Shown: positions 21,483 through 30,409, counted from the first letter of the stretch. The stretch is 64,000 nucleotides of DNA from Sphaerochaeta sp. (GCA_016342655.1 JAEINL010000007.1:4919-68918); one strand, 5' to 3'. Numbers and translations: made by a program. Notes: generated by a model not told the origin, from the letters alone.

Positions 21483-21949
21483 ATGAGGAAGCCCGGCTTC
21501 TGATCAAGAAGCTTGGGCTCCAAGAGCTTGAAGGGGAAGGGGGGTACTTTCGCAAGTATTATACCCATAGAAGAGGTTCTGAAATCCTAGGGGGAACCAT
21601 CTACTACCTAGTGACGGAGGACAGTTTCTCCAGCCTGCACTGGTTACCTACTGATGAGCTTTGGTACTTTCTGCAGGGTTATCCGCTTGAGCAACTGGTG
21701 CTTTACCCTGATGGAAGGCACTCTTTGACACTGCTTGGACCTGTAGGAGAGGGCATAGCCCCTCTTTCCATCGTTCCTGGTGGGTGTTATCAGGGAACAA
21801 AGCTACTTTCAGGTGGGTATGCCCTTTGTGCCACTACGATGTGTCCGCCCTATGAACAGAGCCGTTACAGGCAAGGTACCCTTGAGTTGTTGCAGGATTA
21901 TCCAGCCTGTAATCGACTATGTGATTTTCTACAGGAGAAGGATCGATGA
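21479..21949 (+). CDS. Cupin_5 (DUF985-like) protein
   Basis: EGGYF, TIYYL, SSLHWL..DELWYF; ATGA overlap with the PNP stop. Confidence 0.8.
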   Translation: MNEEARLLIKKLGLQELEGEGGYFRKYYTHRRGSEILGGTIYYLVTEDSFSSLHWLPTDELWYFLQGYPLEQLVLYPDGRHSLTLLGPVGEGIAPLSIVPGGCYQGTKLLSGGYALCATTMCPPYEQSRYRQGTLELLQDYPACNRLCDFLQEKDR

Positions 21950-22650
21950 GAACAGTCCTAGTCACCGGAGGAACAAGCAATTTAGGAAAGGCCATCTGCC
22001 GATCCTTCATCCAGGAAGGGGACTCAGTCATTGCCACCTATGCCCATAACAGGGAGGGTGCAGAAGAATTGCGAAAAGAACTTGGCGATAGGTTGACCAT
22101 ACTGGAGCTGGACCTACTCAAGGAAGAAAGTGTCCTTGCCTTGTTTTCTCAAGTACACAAGCTTGATGTGCTGGTTAACAACGGGGGACTCTTTACTCTC
22201 TCTGATCAGCAAGACCTTAAGTCCGAAGAGTGGGATCGAGTCTTCGATACCAATGTAAAAGGACTGTTTCTGGTTACCAGAAGTGCACTGCCTTTGCTGA
22301 AAAAATCTGAGTCAGCTTCCATTGTAAACATTGCCTCTATCAACGCCATCCACCCTGGCTTTGGGCAGACAGCCCACTATGATGCATCCAAAGGGGCTGT
22401 CGTCGCCTATACCAAGAGTCTTGCTGCTGAAGTGGCACCCATTAGGGTGAATGCGGTGGCCCCAGGCCTGCTTGATGCCCCCTATCTGTCTGATAAGGAC
22501 AATCCTGTACGAGCCAAGTTTGAAAGTCGTTGTCTACTCAAGCGGATGGTCAAGGTGGAGGAAGTTGCCTCTTCTGTCTTGTTTCTCTCCAGTGCAAAGG
22601 CGATAACTGCTCAGCTCCTCGTCGTCGACTGTGGATACCTGGTAGGATAG
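21946..22650 (+). CDS. SDR family oxidoreductase
   Basis: TGGTSNLG, VNNGG, YDASK (YxxxK), NAVAPG. Confidence 0.92.
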   Translation: MRTVLVTGGTSNLGKAICRSFIQEGDSVIATYAHNREGAEELRKELGDRLTILELDLLKEESVLALFSQVHKLDVLVNNGGLFTLSDQQDLKSEEWDRVFDTNVKGLFLVTRSALPLLKKSESASIVNIASINAIHPGFGQTAHYDASKGAVVAYTKSLAAEVAPIRVNAVAPGLLDAPYLSDKDNPVRAKFESRCLLKRMVKVEEVASSVLFLSSAKAITAQLLVVDCGYLVG

Positions 22651-22652
22651 CA

Positions 22653-23357
22653 ATGAAAATACTCTGCATTTCCGATGAGACAGATCCCCTAATCTATTCC
22701 AAGAACATAGCATCGCGGTATGGTGATGTTGATTTTGTGCTGGCAGCTGGAGACCTCCCCCTCAAGTACTATGAGTTCATCATCTCCTCTCTGAACAAGC
22801 CCCTCTATTTTGTATTTGGCAACCATAACCTGGAATACCTGCATCAGTTTACTGCTTCTTCAGTTGTACAGTATGGATATACTGACAACAAGGGAGCCAT
22901 GCAATTGCTTCCAGCCTTTGGGGGGGATTTTGTTGATGGGAAAGTTGTCTATGACAAGCGCAACCATCTCATCATAGCTGGTCTTGGTGGGGCGATGAGG
23001 TATAACAAAGGTAAGCACCAGTTTACCGAACGGGAGATGTTCTTCAGGGTACTGAAGATGGTGCCGAGCCTGCTGTTCAACCGTCTCTTCCGTGGAAGAT
23101 ATCTTGATATCCTGCTTACCCACGCAGCCCCCCTTGGTTTGGGTGATGACACCGATCGGTGCCATCAGGGCTTTGCCACTTTTCTTACCTTTATGGAGTG
23201 GTTCAAGCCAAAATACCTCCTGCATGGTCATATCCACTTGCATGACATGAATGCAAACAGGCATACTGTGTTTAAAGAGACCAAGATTATCAATGTCTTC
23301 CAGAACTATATGTTGGAAGACCCTTCACTAGGAAAGGAAAGAGACAGTGGCAATTGA
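22653..23357 (+). CDS. Calcineurin-like metallophosphoesterase
   Basis: ISDE, AGDL, GNHN, THAAP, HGHIH. Confidence 0.9.
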   Translation: MKILCISDETDPLIYSKNIASRYGDVDFVLAAGDLPLKYYEFIISSLNKPLYFVFGNHNLEYLHQFTASSVVQYGYTDNKGAMQLLPAFGGDFVDGKVVYDKRNHLIIAGLGGAMRYNKGKHQFTEREMFFRVLKMVPSLLFNRLFRGRYLDILLTHAAPLGLGDDTDRCHQGFATFLTFMEWFKPKYLLHGHIHLHDMNANRHTVFKETKIINVFQNYMLEDPSLGKERDSGN

Positions 23358-24282
23358 CATGTCCAATCAGGCTAGAGATGATTTTGAAAAGGCCCGTACA
23401 CGGGGAAGGATGCAATCACTTTTAAGTGGTCTTGCCTGGAAGAATACGGATCTGCTCTCCCTCTATGCTGTCACCGAGTTGATCAAGCCTAAGAATGAGA
23501 CCTACTTGGGGATGAAGACTATCCCCGTGGATAAGATCATAGGAAGTGAGGGCAGGTATCAGGATTTTACCTTAGCCTTTTACCCCAAGAAAGAGATGTT
23601 ACGCTCACGTTGGCAGAGTATTGACAGGGCGGCAATGGAGTATGTGATCTTACCTCCAATCTCTGTATATAAGGTGGGGGACTGGTACTTTGTCCGAGAT
23701 GGAAACCATCGGGTATCGGTAGCGAAGACCCAGGGAATTGAGTTTATCGATGCTGAGGTGGTCGGTCTCGATACTGAGATCGCCCTTGAAGCCGGGCTCA
23801 CGATGAAACAGTTGGCTAAGCGGGTTGTCGAGTATGAACGTGAACGCTTTATTGATCAGTACACCCCAACATTTCTTCCAATGGACCATATTCATTTCAC
23901 TTCTCCAGGTTCCTATCCTGAGATGGTGAACCACATCCTTGTACATAAGTACTACCTGAACGAAGGCAAGGAAGAGGAGCTTAGCTTTGAGACTGCAGCT
24001 CGTTCGTGGTATCGCACTGTCTACTCACCCATCATTGAAGAGGTGCGTAGGGCGAAGTTGCTCGCCTCCTTCCCCGGTAATACCGAAGGGGATCTGTACT
24101 TGTGGATAGTCAGGCACTGGGATAATCTCAAGCACATGAGTGGTAGCCATGAGGTCTCCATCGAGAGTGCAACAAGTGACTATAAGACTCGCTATGGAAA
24201 AGGACGGTTCAAGCGTTGGCTCTATAGGATACGCAAGTTCTTTTCCAAGGGTTCCGATGCGAATACAGAGTACAAGCCTTGA
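23347..24282 (+). CDS. ParB/Sulfiredoxin-like fold protein (DUF4032-type C-terminus suspected)
   Basis: IPVDKIIGS, LPPISVYK...YFVRDGNHRVSVA; GTG start overlapping the upstream gene. Confidence 0.75.
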   Translation: MAIDMSNQARDDFEKARTRGRMQSLLSGLAWKNTDLLSLYAVTELIKPKNETYLGMKTIPVDKIIGSEGRYQDFTLAFYPKKEMLRSRWQSIDRAAMEYVILPPISVYKVGDWYFVRDGNHRVSVAKTQGIEFIDAEVVGLDTEIALEAGLTMKQLAKRVVEYERERFIDQYTPTFLPMDHIHFTSPGSYPEMVNHILVHKYYLNEGKEEELSFETAARSWYRTVYSPIIEEVRRAKLLASFPGNTEGDLYLWIVRHWDNLKHMSGSHEVSIESATSDYKTRYGKGRFKRWLYRIRKFFSKGSDANTEYKP

Positions 24283-24397
24283 GGGTGAGTTGCTGTTGCT
24301 TGCAGTACGCCCATGGGATAGAGGCAAATAACTTAGAGGCACAAGAACAAAGCGAAGCATTGTCAACGTAGTAAACCCTAAAACAAGTGATGAAATT

Positions 24398-24436
24398 AAA
24401 AAAGAGGAAGCGACCAAGCCGTTTCCTCTCTTCTTT
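24398..24436. terminator. Bidirectional terminator between convergent genes
   Basis: A-run, AGAGGAAGCG-loop-CGTTTCCTCT, T-rich tail. Confidence 0.65.
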
Positions 24437-24454
24437 AGTACTATGATAAGACTA

Positions 24455-25054
24455 TTACTGTTCATCTTCCTGGATATAGGCACTCAGGATATCGGCATAG
24501 GTCTCCATCTCCTTACCCAGCCTGTCGCTTGGACGGATGGAATCCTCCCTTCCTGCCAGATGGACTATACCTGCAACCGGCTGGTCGTAGCTATCGTTCT
24601 CCTCATGGACACCGTAGGGGATGTGGAGCATCCCCATGCTCTGTGCCCAGTAGATCAAGGCACTGAGAGTATGAGCTCCTTCGCAGGTGGAGTGGGAGCA
24701 ACTGGTGAAGCAGGCAAAGAACTTGCTTTCCAGGCTCTGTTCCTTGCTGAGGGGTAGGGTAGTATCCAAGAAAGTCTTCATTTCCGCTGAGGTATTACCA
24801 AAGCGTGTAGGACTGCCCAATATGACCATGTCACTTTTTAGAAGAGTTTCACCACTTGCAATAGGAAGGGCAAGGATGTCCTCGTAAAAGTCATTGGTTG
24901 TTTCTTGGGTATTTGCCCAGATATGCAAATCGGGATCTTCCACACGGTAGAGTCGTGCATCCACATTTCGCTCAATGAGGAGCTCCTGTAAATAGGATCC
25001 GATTATATAACAGTTACCGCTTACACTGTGAATTATGATTGAACAACGTTTCAT
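24455..25054 (-). CDS. Flavodoxin-like / WrbA-family NAD(P)H oxidoreductase
   Basis: HSVSGN FMN loop, LGSPTRFGN. Confidence 0.75.
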   Translation of the reverse strand: MKRCSIIIHSVSGNCYIIGSYLQELLIERNVDARLYRVEDPDLHIWANTQETTNDFYEDILALPIASGETLLKSDMVILGSPTRFGNTSAEMKTFLDTTLPLSKEQSLESKFFACFTSCSHSTCEGAHTLSALIYWAQSMGMLHIPYGVHEENDSYDQPVAGIVHLAGREDSIRPSDRLGKEMETYADILSAYIQEDEQ

Positions 25055-25133
25055 AGCAGACCTCACTTGTAATGTTCTTACCTAAAATATACTACAAAAA
25101 AACCCTGTTGTGTGAAAAAGTGGAAACTCATCT

Positions 25134-25916
25134 CTAACACCATGCTGTGTAGAGTCCCTCACGCTGGTCAACAAAGACTTTTGAGCCATATACCGAAGAG
25201 AGCATTTCTTCACAGATAATCTCACTCTTCGGACCATCAGCAACAATTTTCCCTTTGCTCATGACTACCACCCGCTCAATTGCCGGGATGATCTCACTCA
25301 ACTCGTGAGTGGCAAGGATAAGGGTTTTCCCTTTCTTATCCAGCTGTTCCAAAGATGCTCTGTACTGGTGGCGTGCTGGGAAGTCGAGGTTAGCTCCAGC
25401 TTCGTCTAGCAGCATTACCTCAGGGTCATGTACACTTGCACGGCAGAGAAGGACACGCCTTGCCTCACCAGAGGAGAGGCGGTTCATCTGCTTGTCCTGA
25501 AGATGCCAGACTTCAAAATTCCTCATGACATCTTCGACCTTTCTAAGGTGCTCTTTTGTTATCTGGTGATGGAAGTCCAGCCCTATGGAGCTGAAGAACC
25601 CAGAGGTTACTATCTCCCACGCCTTGTAGGTGCTGTTACACAAGTATTGCAAGGATTGTGAGACGATGCCCAGTCTTTTTCTCAGTTCAAGCACCTGCCA
25701 ACGTTGCTGACCAAAGAGGACCCTCTTGGAAAGGGGGTTGTATAGGGGATGGATCTCTTCGCTGATGACTTGGACCAGGGTTGACTTACCCGCGCCATTC
25801 GGGCCGATAATAGCAACGTGTTCGCCAGAATTGACGGTAAAGGATACATCGTCAAGAATTGCCTTTCCCTGCCTCCTTACAGTTGCGCCGATGATTTCAA
25901 TGATGGGTGCGAGCAT
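25134..25916 (-). CDS. Orphan ABC ATP-binding protein (ModF/YlmA-like)
   Basis: GPNGAGKS, LSSGE, LLDE; no adjacent permease. Confidence 0.85.
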   Translation of the reverse strand: MLAPIIEIIGATVRRQGKAILDDVSFTVNSGEHVAIIGPNGAGKSTLVQVISEEIHPLYNPLSKRVLFGQQRWQVLELRKRLGIVSQSLQYLCNSTYKAWEIVTSGFFSSIGLDFHHQITKEHLRKVEDVMRNFEVWHLQDKQMNRLSSGEARRVLLCRASVHDPEVMLLDEAGANLDFPARHQYRASLEQLDKKGKTLILATHELSEIIPAIERVVVMSKGKIVADGPKSEIICEEMLSSVYGSKVFVDQREGLYTAWC

Positions 25917-25978
25917 AAGAAGAGCCTCCTCGGTGGACTATACCACAGGGGAGGCCTTTTACAGAAGAACTGATTGCA

Positions 25979-26728
25979 TTAGGCGTATGACACAGCACTC
26001 TCATCAGGATAACGGTCATGTATTTTGTTTTCTATAGTGGTGAGGGTTACCAGCACCAAGGCAACTGCAAGGTCAGTCTGACCATTTTGCAGAGCTTCAC
26101 AGAGGTATATGTAGTCCCTAGCTCGTTTTTCAATTTGTGTGGGAGTAAATTTGATGGCGTTCAGGGCAGAGACCAGCATGGGGGCAATGTTGTCATAGAT
26201 GCTACAGAGGATCTGATTACCATTGGCATTGATAAGGATATGATGGAACTCATTCTCAGCATCTTGGAATATCTTCAGTCCTTCGGCATCTCTCTTGAAT
26301 ACCTTGGGCACCGCTGACTCCATGGTGTTGCTTGTCTTCCAGAGCTGTGTGAGATAGGCTTCACGATTCTCTAGGCGGGTAAACTCTCTTGCCGCACTGG
26401 TTGCAACAGAGATACGTACCTGCATGAGGTTTCTCATGAGCTTTCCTGTGCTGATCGGGCTGTTTATAAGTTTGGTAGAGAGAGAACCTACATACTGGTC
26501 GAGGTTGTTGCTGCGTATTTGGGCACGTCTGCCTTGTGTTATGGTAACCAGTCCCTTTGCCTCAAGGAGCTTCAGGGCTTCTCTGATTGGGCGGCTGGAA
26601 GTTCGGAACTGATCGGCCAACTTCTGCTGTGATGGTAGGAAGCTTCCCGTTTTAAGGGTGTTGTCCAATATCATAGCCTCAAGGGCTTTAGCTATTTTTG
26701 TTGATTTGGTTTCAGAAATATAATTCAT
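25979..26728 (-). CDS. GntR/FadR family regulator (paralog 1)
   Basis: LPSQQKLA...SRPIREALKLLEAKGLV winged HTH; FCD-like EFHHIL...GNQIL. Confidence 0.9.
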   Translation of the reverse strand: MNYISETKSTKIAKALEAMILDNTLKTGSFLPSQQKLADQFRTSSRPIREALKLLEAKGLVTITQGRRAQIRSNNLDQYVGSLSTKLINSPISTGKLMRNLMQVRISVATSAAREFTRLENREAYLTQLWKTSNTMESAVPKVFKRDAEGLKIFQDAENEFHHILINANGNQILCSIYDNIAPMLVSALNAIKFTPTQIEKRARDYIYLCEALQNGQTDLAVALVLVTLTTIENKIHDRYPDESAVSYA

Positions 26729-26965
26729 TCTAATGTCCTTTGTATATATTCTCTGTTCGAACTTAGGATGTCATAAGTTCTATGTTACATACCAAATATA
26801 ATTTAAACCACATTGTAACTTTATGCAATACCTATATATCATTATTTTTATATATGTCATCAGTAGATATTAATGTAATGAGTTGTTTACATATTTTATG
26901 CTTTTGACATAGCAATCACCTCTAAAGATGAAATAAATACTTATGGGATTGTAATTTCTTCAGAC

Positions 26966-26999
26966 AAAAAAACAGAGGAGACAGGCTCCTCTGTTTTTT
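26966..26999. terminator. Intrinsic terminator after FadR paralog 2
   Basis: AAAAAAACAGAGGAG-acagg-CTCCTCTGTTTTTT. Confidence 0.85.
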
Positions 27000-27013
27000 A
27001 AAATACAAGCCGA

Positions 27014-27775
27014 CTAGAACTTGAGAGATTCGAACTTGTCCTTGATGTTGGTCAGGCTGACCAAGGTAAGTGCTACAGCAAGGTCGGTCTGACCATTTTC
27101 CAGAGCCTCTACCAGGTAACGAAATTCGTTGACCTTCTTGCGCTGTTCGCTATAGGACTCAGAAAGACGGTCAAGTGCCATGTATAGTTGGGGTGCAAGG
27201 TTCTCGTAGATGCTGGTCAGGATGGCGTTGTCGTTTGACTTGATCAGGGTAGCATGGAATTCGAAGTTCATCTGCTTGAACTGATCGATTAGATCTGTAT
27301 CCTTGCCGCTTTCTAGGGAAGGAAGCAGGTGCTCCATCTTGGTGCAGCAACGATCGAGGGAACGGACGATGAGCATTCTGCTTGGATCACGGGAGAGTTC
27401 CCTGGTAGCAGAGACCTCAATGGTGGTTCGTACCTGCATAAGGTCGGTAAGAAGCTTCTTGTCCGGTGTTTGGTTTCTGATCATGGAATGGGAAAGGGAC
27501 TCCACAAACTGGTCAAGGTTGTTGCTCTTTACCATTGCCTTCTTACCCTGTTGGACTTCGATAAGTCCTTTTGCCTCAAGGTTCTTGAAGGCTTCGCGGA
27601 CACTTCTGCTACTTGCACCGAACTGGGCGGCGAGGGTGTGCTGGCTAGGAAGGTTCTCTCCAGCCTTGTATTTCTTGTTGAGGATCATATCCTCAAGTTT
27701 GTTAGCTATCATGGTTGATTTAGTTTCTGAAGCAATTGGAAGTATCATTGGTCGATAACCTCTTTCTTTCTGCAT
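27014..27775 (-). CDS. GntR/FadR family regulator (paralog 2)
   Basis: LPSQHTLA...SRSVREAFKNLEAKGLI; EFHATL...DNAIL. Start may be 27748. Confidence 0.9.
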   Translation of the reverse strand: MQKERGYRPMILPIASETKSTMIANKLEDMILNKKYKAGENLPSQHTLAAQFGASSRSVREAFKNLEAKGLIEVQQGKKAMVKSNNLDQFVESLSHSMIRNQTPDKKLLTDLMQVRTTIEVSATRELSRDPSRMLIVRSLDRCCTKMEHLLPSLESGKDTDLIDQFKQMNFEFHATLIKSNDNAILTSIYENLAPQLYMALDRLSESYSEQRKKVNEFRYLVEALENGQTDLAVALTLVSLTNIKDKFESLKF

Positions 27776-28210
27776 CCGTTAAGGATTGCTTGTTTGGTAA
27801 CTTCTTACATAAGTAAGACACTATACTGATAATATCCTGTAAATCAAGAAAAGGCAATACAATATGAATGTGACATGTAACAGGTTTGGTAAAGGTTATG
27901 TGACAAGTAGTTAATTTATTATGGTAAATGAAATAATACAACTCTATAACTGCAAGTGCTTTATAGCCAAATCTCGAATATTCTAAACAATACACCAAGT
28001 CAGTATACTTATTTCAAGGTGACATAAGGAAAGAACTGATAAGAGGATGATATAAGTCAGAGAAGAGAGATATTGGGAGAATGTGTAATAAGGTTTTGGA
28101 AAAGTGTAGATAGATGTCATAAGATGGAATGTATTAAATACAAATAATAAAACAAAATATATTAAATAGTACATAAAATATTTCAATAAACTATAAAAAC
28201 TATCTCGTTC

Positions 28211-28240
28211 TTGACATAAGTTTCTCATTGGCGCTATAGT
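28211..28240 (+). promoter_or_regulatory. sigma70-type promoter of the first pilin-like gene
   Basis: TTGACA-N18-TATAGT. Confidence 0.55.
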
Positions 28241-28295
28241 TGTAATAGAAAACCAGAAAGAGCTTGCACGCTTTCTGAGGAGGACAATCAAAACA

Positions 28296-28814
28296 ATGAA
28301 AAGATATCTTCTTATTATATATATTCTCTTGCTTGCCTGTACTCTTGGTGCAGGTCCTGCTAGCGTGAGCATTACCCTTACCACCTCGGTTCCTGGATAC
28401 CTCTATCATGGGTTCTTGGATTCGTCAAACCCCACCGCTTTTGTCGTGACTTCCCCCACTGTTAATGATGCTTTTAACCCCGCAGGGGCAGTATTGAACT
28501 ATGGGATCAGGACCAATGTTAGGTTGCCTCTTACTGTGAAGGCTACAATTGCTCCTTTTGAAGAGCAAGATGTTGCTGAACCGGCTATAGTGCCTATTAC
28601 CAATATTAATGTTAAATATTTGACTGGTGATTCAATACCTGCTCCGTATATTGCTTCGGAAGGTAAGTACAATCTGTTGCAGTTGACCCCACAATCAGGG
28701 ACTATCTTCTATGCTTACACACTGACTGTGTTTGCTGATCAGAATATAGTCCTGACTTCTCCTGCTGGAAATTATGTGTCTACTGTAGAAATTGATATAG
28801 CCACAGATAGTTAA
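28296..28814 (+). CDS. Secreted pilin-like protein 1 (172 aa)
   Basis: Signal peptide; YHGF, DAFN and YGxRTN motifs shared with 29171-29746; C-terminal PAGNYVSTVEIDI. Confidence 0.7.
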   Translation: MKRYLLIIYILLLACTLGAGPASVSITLTTSVPGYLYHGFLDSSNPTAFVVTSPTVNDAFNPAGAVLNYGIRTNVRLPLTVKATIAPFEEQDVAEPAIVPITNINVKYLTGDSIPAPYIASEGKYNLLQLTPQSGTIFYAYTLTVFADQNIVLTSPAGNYVSTVEIDIATDS

Positions 28815-28842
28815 GACAAAACTATTGAATATACTTGAAAAC

Positions 28843-28864
28843 GAGGTGTCCTAAAGGGCACCTC
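28843..28864 (+). terminator. Stem-loop after pilin-like gene 1
   Basis: GAGGTGTCC-taaa-GGGCACCTC. Confidence 0.6.
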
Positions 28865-29091
28865 TATTCCATTAGTTTGTTTCTAAGACCCATAGATATG
28901 ACAAGTGTATGGAAGAATTCCTAATAGTACCTCTTTTACTAGGAATTAGGGAATAGGTTTTATTGTAGTTATTCGGTATTATGTTCAACTTGCGTTATAA
29001 GTAGTTTTTGATGTAAAATATTACAAAATATAAATTTAAAGCATATTCAATAAAAAATGTATATTTTTTTATATCAAAAGACAATTTAATA

Positions 29092-29120
29092 TTGACATAA
29101 GTCTGATTAGGGATTATGCT
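29092..29120 (+). promoter_or_regulatory. sigma70-type promoter of pilin-like gene 2
   Basis: TTGACA-N17-TATGCT with an AT-rich upstream tract; RBS AAGGAG before ATG 29171. Confidence 0.7.
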
Positions 29121-29170
29121 ATGTGCATTGGTGGGAGAGCTATTCGAACATCCTCATCAAAGGAGATTGT

Positions 29171-29746
29171 ATGAAAAAAAGAACTTTGGCTATATTGATG
29201 ATTCTGGTTTTAGCAACTGCTGGGTTGTTTGCAGTTCCTACTGTTACGATTCCTGGAGATGTAACTGCCTCTTTACAGGCAACCATTGGAGAGTATTTCT
29301 ACCATGGATTCACTACAGGTAATGTAGGGGATACTCCTAATGCTGGTGGCTTCTATGCTGCAAAAACTATTACTGATGCTTTTAATGCAACGCCCCCAAG
29401 CTTTACGTATGGGTATAAGACGAATGCAGCAAATAGTACCTTTTCCTTGAAAATGACTGTAGCAGATTTTCTAAATGGTAGTTCTGGTGTGGTGAAAATT
29501 GAAGGGGTCACGGTAAGTGGAGCTGGTGCATTAACACAAGTTGGTAGAGATTTTGAACTTTTTACTTTTACCGGCAATGGAGTTGATAACACTGCTCAGA
29601 AAACAATTTCTATCGTGCCATTCCTTACATTCAACAATGGTGATACAGATATTACTGGAGCTGTAATTGTAGCCGCTAATGCAGTTAATGGTGCTCCGGC
29701 CGGAGCGTACCAATCATTAATTACTTTTAAGATTACTGGTGCTTGA
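29171..29746 (+). CDS. Secreted pilin-like protein 2 (candidate major subunit, 191 aa)
   Basis: Signal peptide ending GLFA; Thr/Ala/Gly-rich and Cys-free; C-terminal PAGAYQSLITFKITGA. Confidence 0.72.
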   Translation: MKKRTLAILMILVLATAGLFAVPTVTIPGDVTASLQATIGEYFYHGFTTGNVGDTPNAGGFYAAKTITDAFNATPPSFTYGYKTNAANSTFSLKMTVADFLNGSSGVVKIEGVTVSGAGALTQVGRDFELFTFTGNGVDNTAQKTISIVPFLTFNNGDTDITGAVIVAANAVNGAPAGAYQSLITFKITGA

Positions 29747-29775
29747 TGGTAAGTATCTAATGTATTGAGAGTTTG

Positions 29776-29805
29776 GCTGTGCAGGAAACTGCACAGCTTT
29801 TCTTT
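29776..29805 (+). terminator. Intrinsic terminator after pilin-like gene 2
   Basis: GCTGTGCAG-GAAA-CTGCACAGC followed by TTTTCTTT. Confidence 0.85.
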
Positions 29806-29878
29806 ACTTCTCTCTTTCCTCACTGAATATTACTTGCTATGATGTATGTATCAATACCTATTGATATGGGAGATTGTT

Positions 29879-30409
29879 ATGAAGAAAATACTAGGAATAA
29901 TCCTTATTTTATCTATAAGCTTTTCACTGTTTGCTTCTGATGCTGTTTCCTTTTCACCAAACCAGGCTGTGGTATATCTCAAGGGTCTTATCGGAAGCAT
30001 ATCTACGAAGATCAGCGCTTACGACGAGTTTGGGGTGGAACTCGATCAGGATACTGCTATCTTAACCTTTGACTTTCCAACTACAGAAGTTTGGGAAGTA
30101 TCCAAGTCCATATACTTCAAGTATACCTCCAACTTGCCTAATGGCACGTATGGAAGGCTGAGTTTTGTGATATCTGACTTGCAACTCGATGAGAGACATA
30201 CCCTGAGAACTTCCTTGGAACTTGTTTCAGAACATCAAAAGACTACTGTCGAGGGGGGTAATACCTTTAGGATAGCCTTTCTTCCAGGAACTCAGAAGGA
30301 TAGGGCTATTGGCAAGCTCACCATCACGGTGAACAAAGAGGTTAATGATATCTTTACTGCTGGGTCTTATAGGGGTTCCTTCTCAGTTACGTATACTGAT
30401 GGACTGTAA
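29879..30409 (+). CDS. Secreted pilin-like protein 3 (176 aa)
   Basis: Signal peptide ending SLFA; C-terminal TAGSYRGSFSVTYT. Confidence 0.68.
   Translation: MKKILGIILILSISFSLFASDAVSFSPNQAVVYLKGLIGSISTKISAYDEFGVELDQDTAILTFDFPTTEVWEVSKSIYFKYTSNLPNGTYGRLSFVISDLQLDERHTLRTSLELVSEHQKTTVEGGNTFRIAFLPGTQKDRAIGKLTITVNKEVNDIFTAGSYRGSFSVTYTDGL

Noticed and set aside
23347-24282. Chromosome or plasmid partition locus
   Set aside because: No parA, replication gene or parS-like palindrome nearby, and the gene sits in a metabolic operon.
27720-28409. Minus-strand ORFs in the AT-rich intergenic region
   Set aside because: Low-complexity F/Y/I/L-rich translations without RBS, overlapping promoter and operator motifs.
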